Source: a virus
Taxonomy: Duplodnaviria > Caudoviricetes
Direction: 5' to 3' (one strand)
Length of the DNA stretch: 31,988 nucleotides
IMG/VR virus record: IMGVR_UViG_3300017914_000745
Span: 1 to 31,988 of that record
Below, piece by piece: positions 31,817-31,988 of the stretch. The notes beneath the pieces were generated by a model. That model was not told where the DNA came from, ran no database searches, and worked only from the letters and a program-made list of their open reading frames with translations. The translations under genes and the position numbers were made by a program. Positions within the stretch are counted from its first letter, which is position 1. Each line of letters starts with the position of its first letter.

Positions 31817-31988
31817 TGGCTAATGTAAAAGTAAACACCATATCAACTTCAAGTGGCGACAATGTTGCTATGCAAGTGCCTTTAAATTTAAAGAATTTAG
31901 CTTCTGCTCCAGCGACTGCTGACAGTTCTGCTGGGGATATATATTACAATACAACAACCAACAAAGTACAGTTCTACAATGGAACTGC
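31816..31988 (+). CDS. Partial second tail fibre / receptor-binding protein, MANVKVNTISTSSGDNV...GDIYYNTTTNKVQFYNGT
   Basis: TAATG coupling. The GxIYYNTT...xYNG motif is typical of fibre proteins. Open to the window end. Confidence 0.75.
   Translation, partial: MANVKVNTISTSSGDNVAMQVPLNLKNLASAPATADSSAGDIYYNTTTNKVQFYNGT

Overview
An AT-rich segment of a tailed dsDNA phage with podovirus-type architecture: no tape-measure or tail-tube gene is seen, but there are large ejection proteins plus adaptor, nozzle and fibre genes. Positions 1-2434 hold about 11 small minus-strand early-type genes with strong SD sites and repeated structured intergenic elements. Positions ~2440-3680 form a divergent, mostly non-coding control region containing an Actinobacteria/Firmicutes-type LexA box next to three pairs of NrdR-box-like palindromes, several TATAGT promoters and several candidate structured small RNAs, some displaying anti-Shine-Dalgarno sequence. 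Positions 3684-31988 are the plus-strand morphogenesis module: small basic proteins, TerL with an N-terminal Zn-finger/HTH extension, portal, a 17-kb block of putative ejected proteins, scaffold, SU10-like major capsid protein, adaptor, nozzle and tail fibres. Two things stand out most. First, the putative ejected polyvalent proteins carry ParB-like, two ADP-ribosyltransferase-like, a CmoA-like (carboxy-SAM synthase) and a possible SAM-lyase-like domain, suggesting an injected SAM/NAD-targeting anti-defence payload. Second, the host-repressor (NrdR + LexA) operator array may act as a decoy or sensor. The SOS-box type and leaderless genes suggest a low-GC actinobacterial host (inference). All family assignments come from motif recognition by eye, not from database searches.
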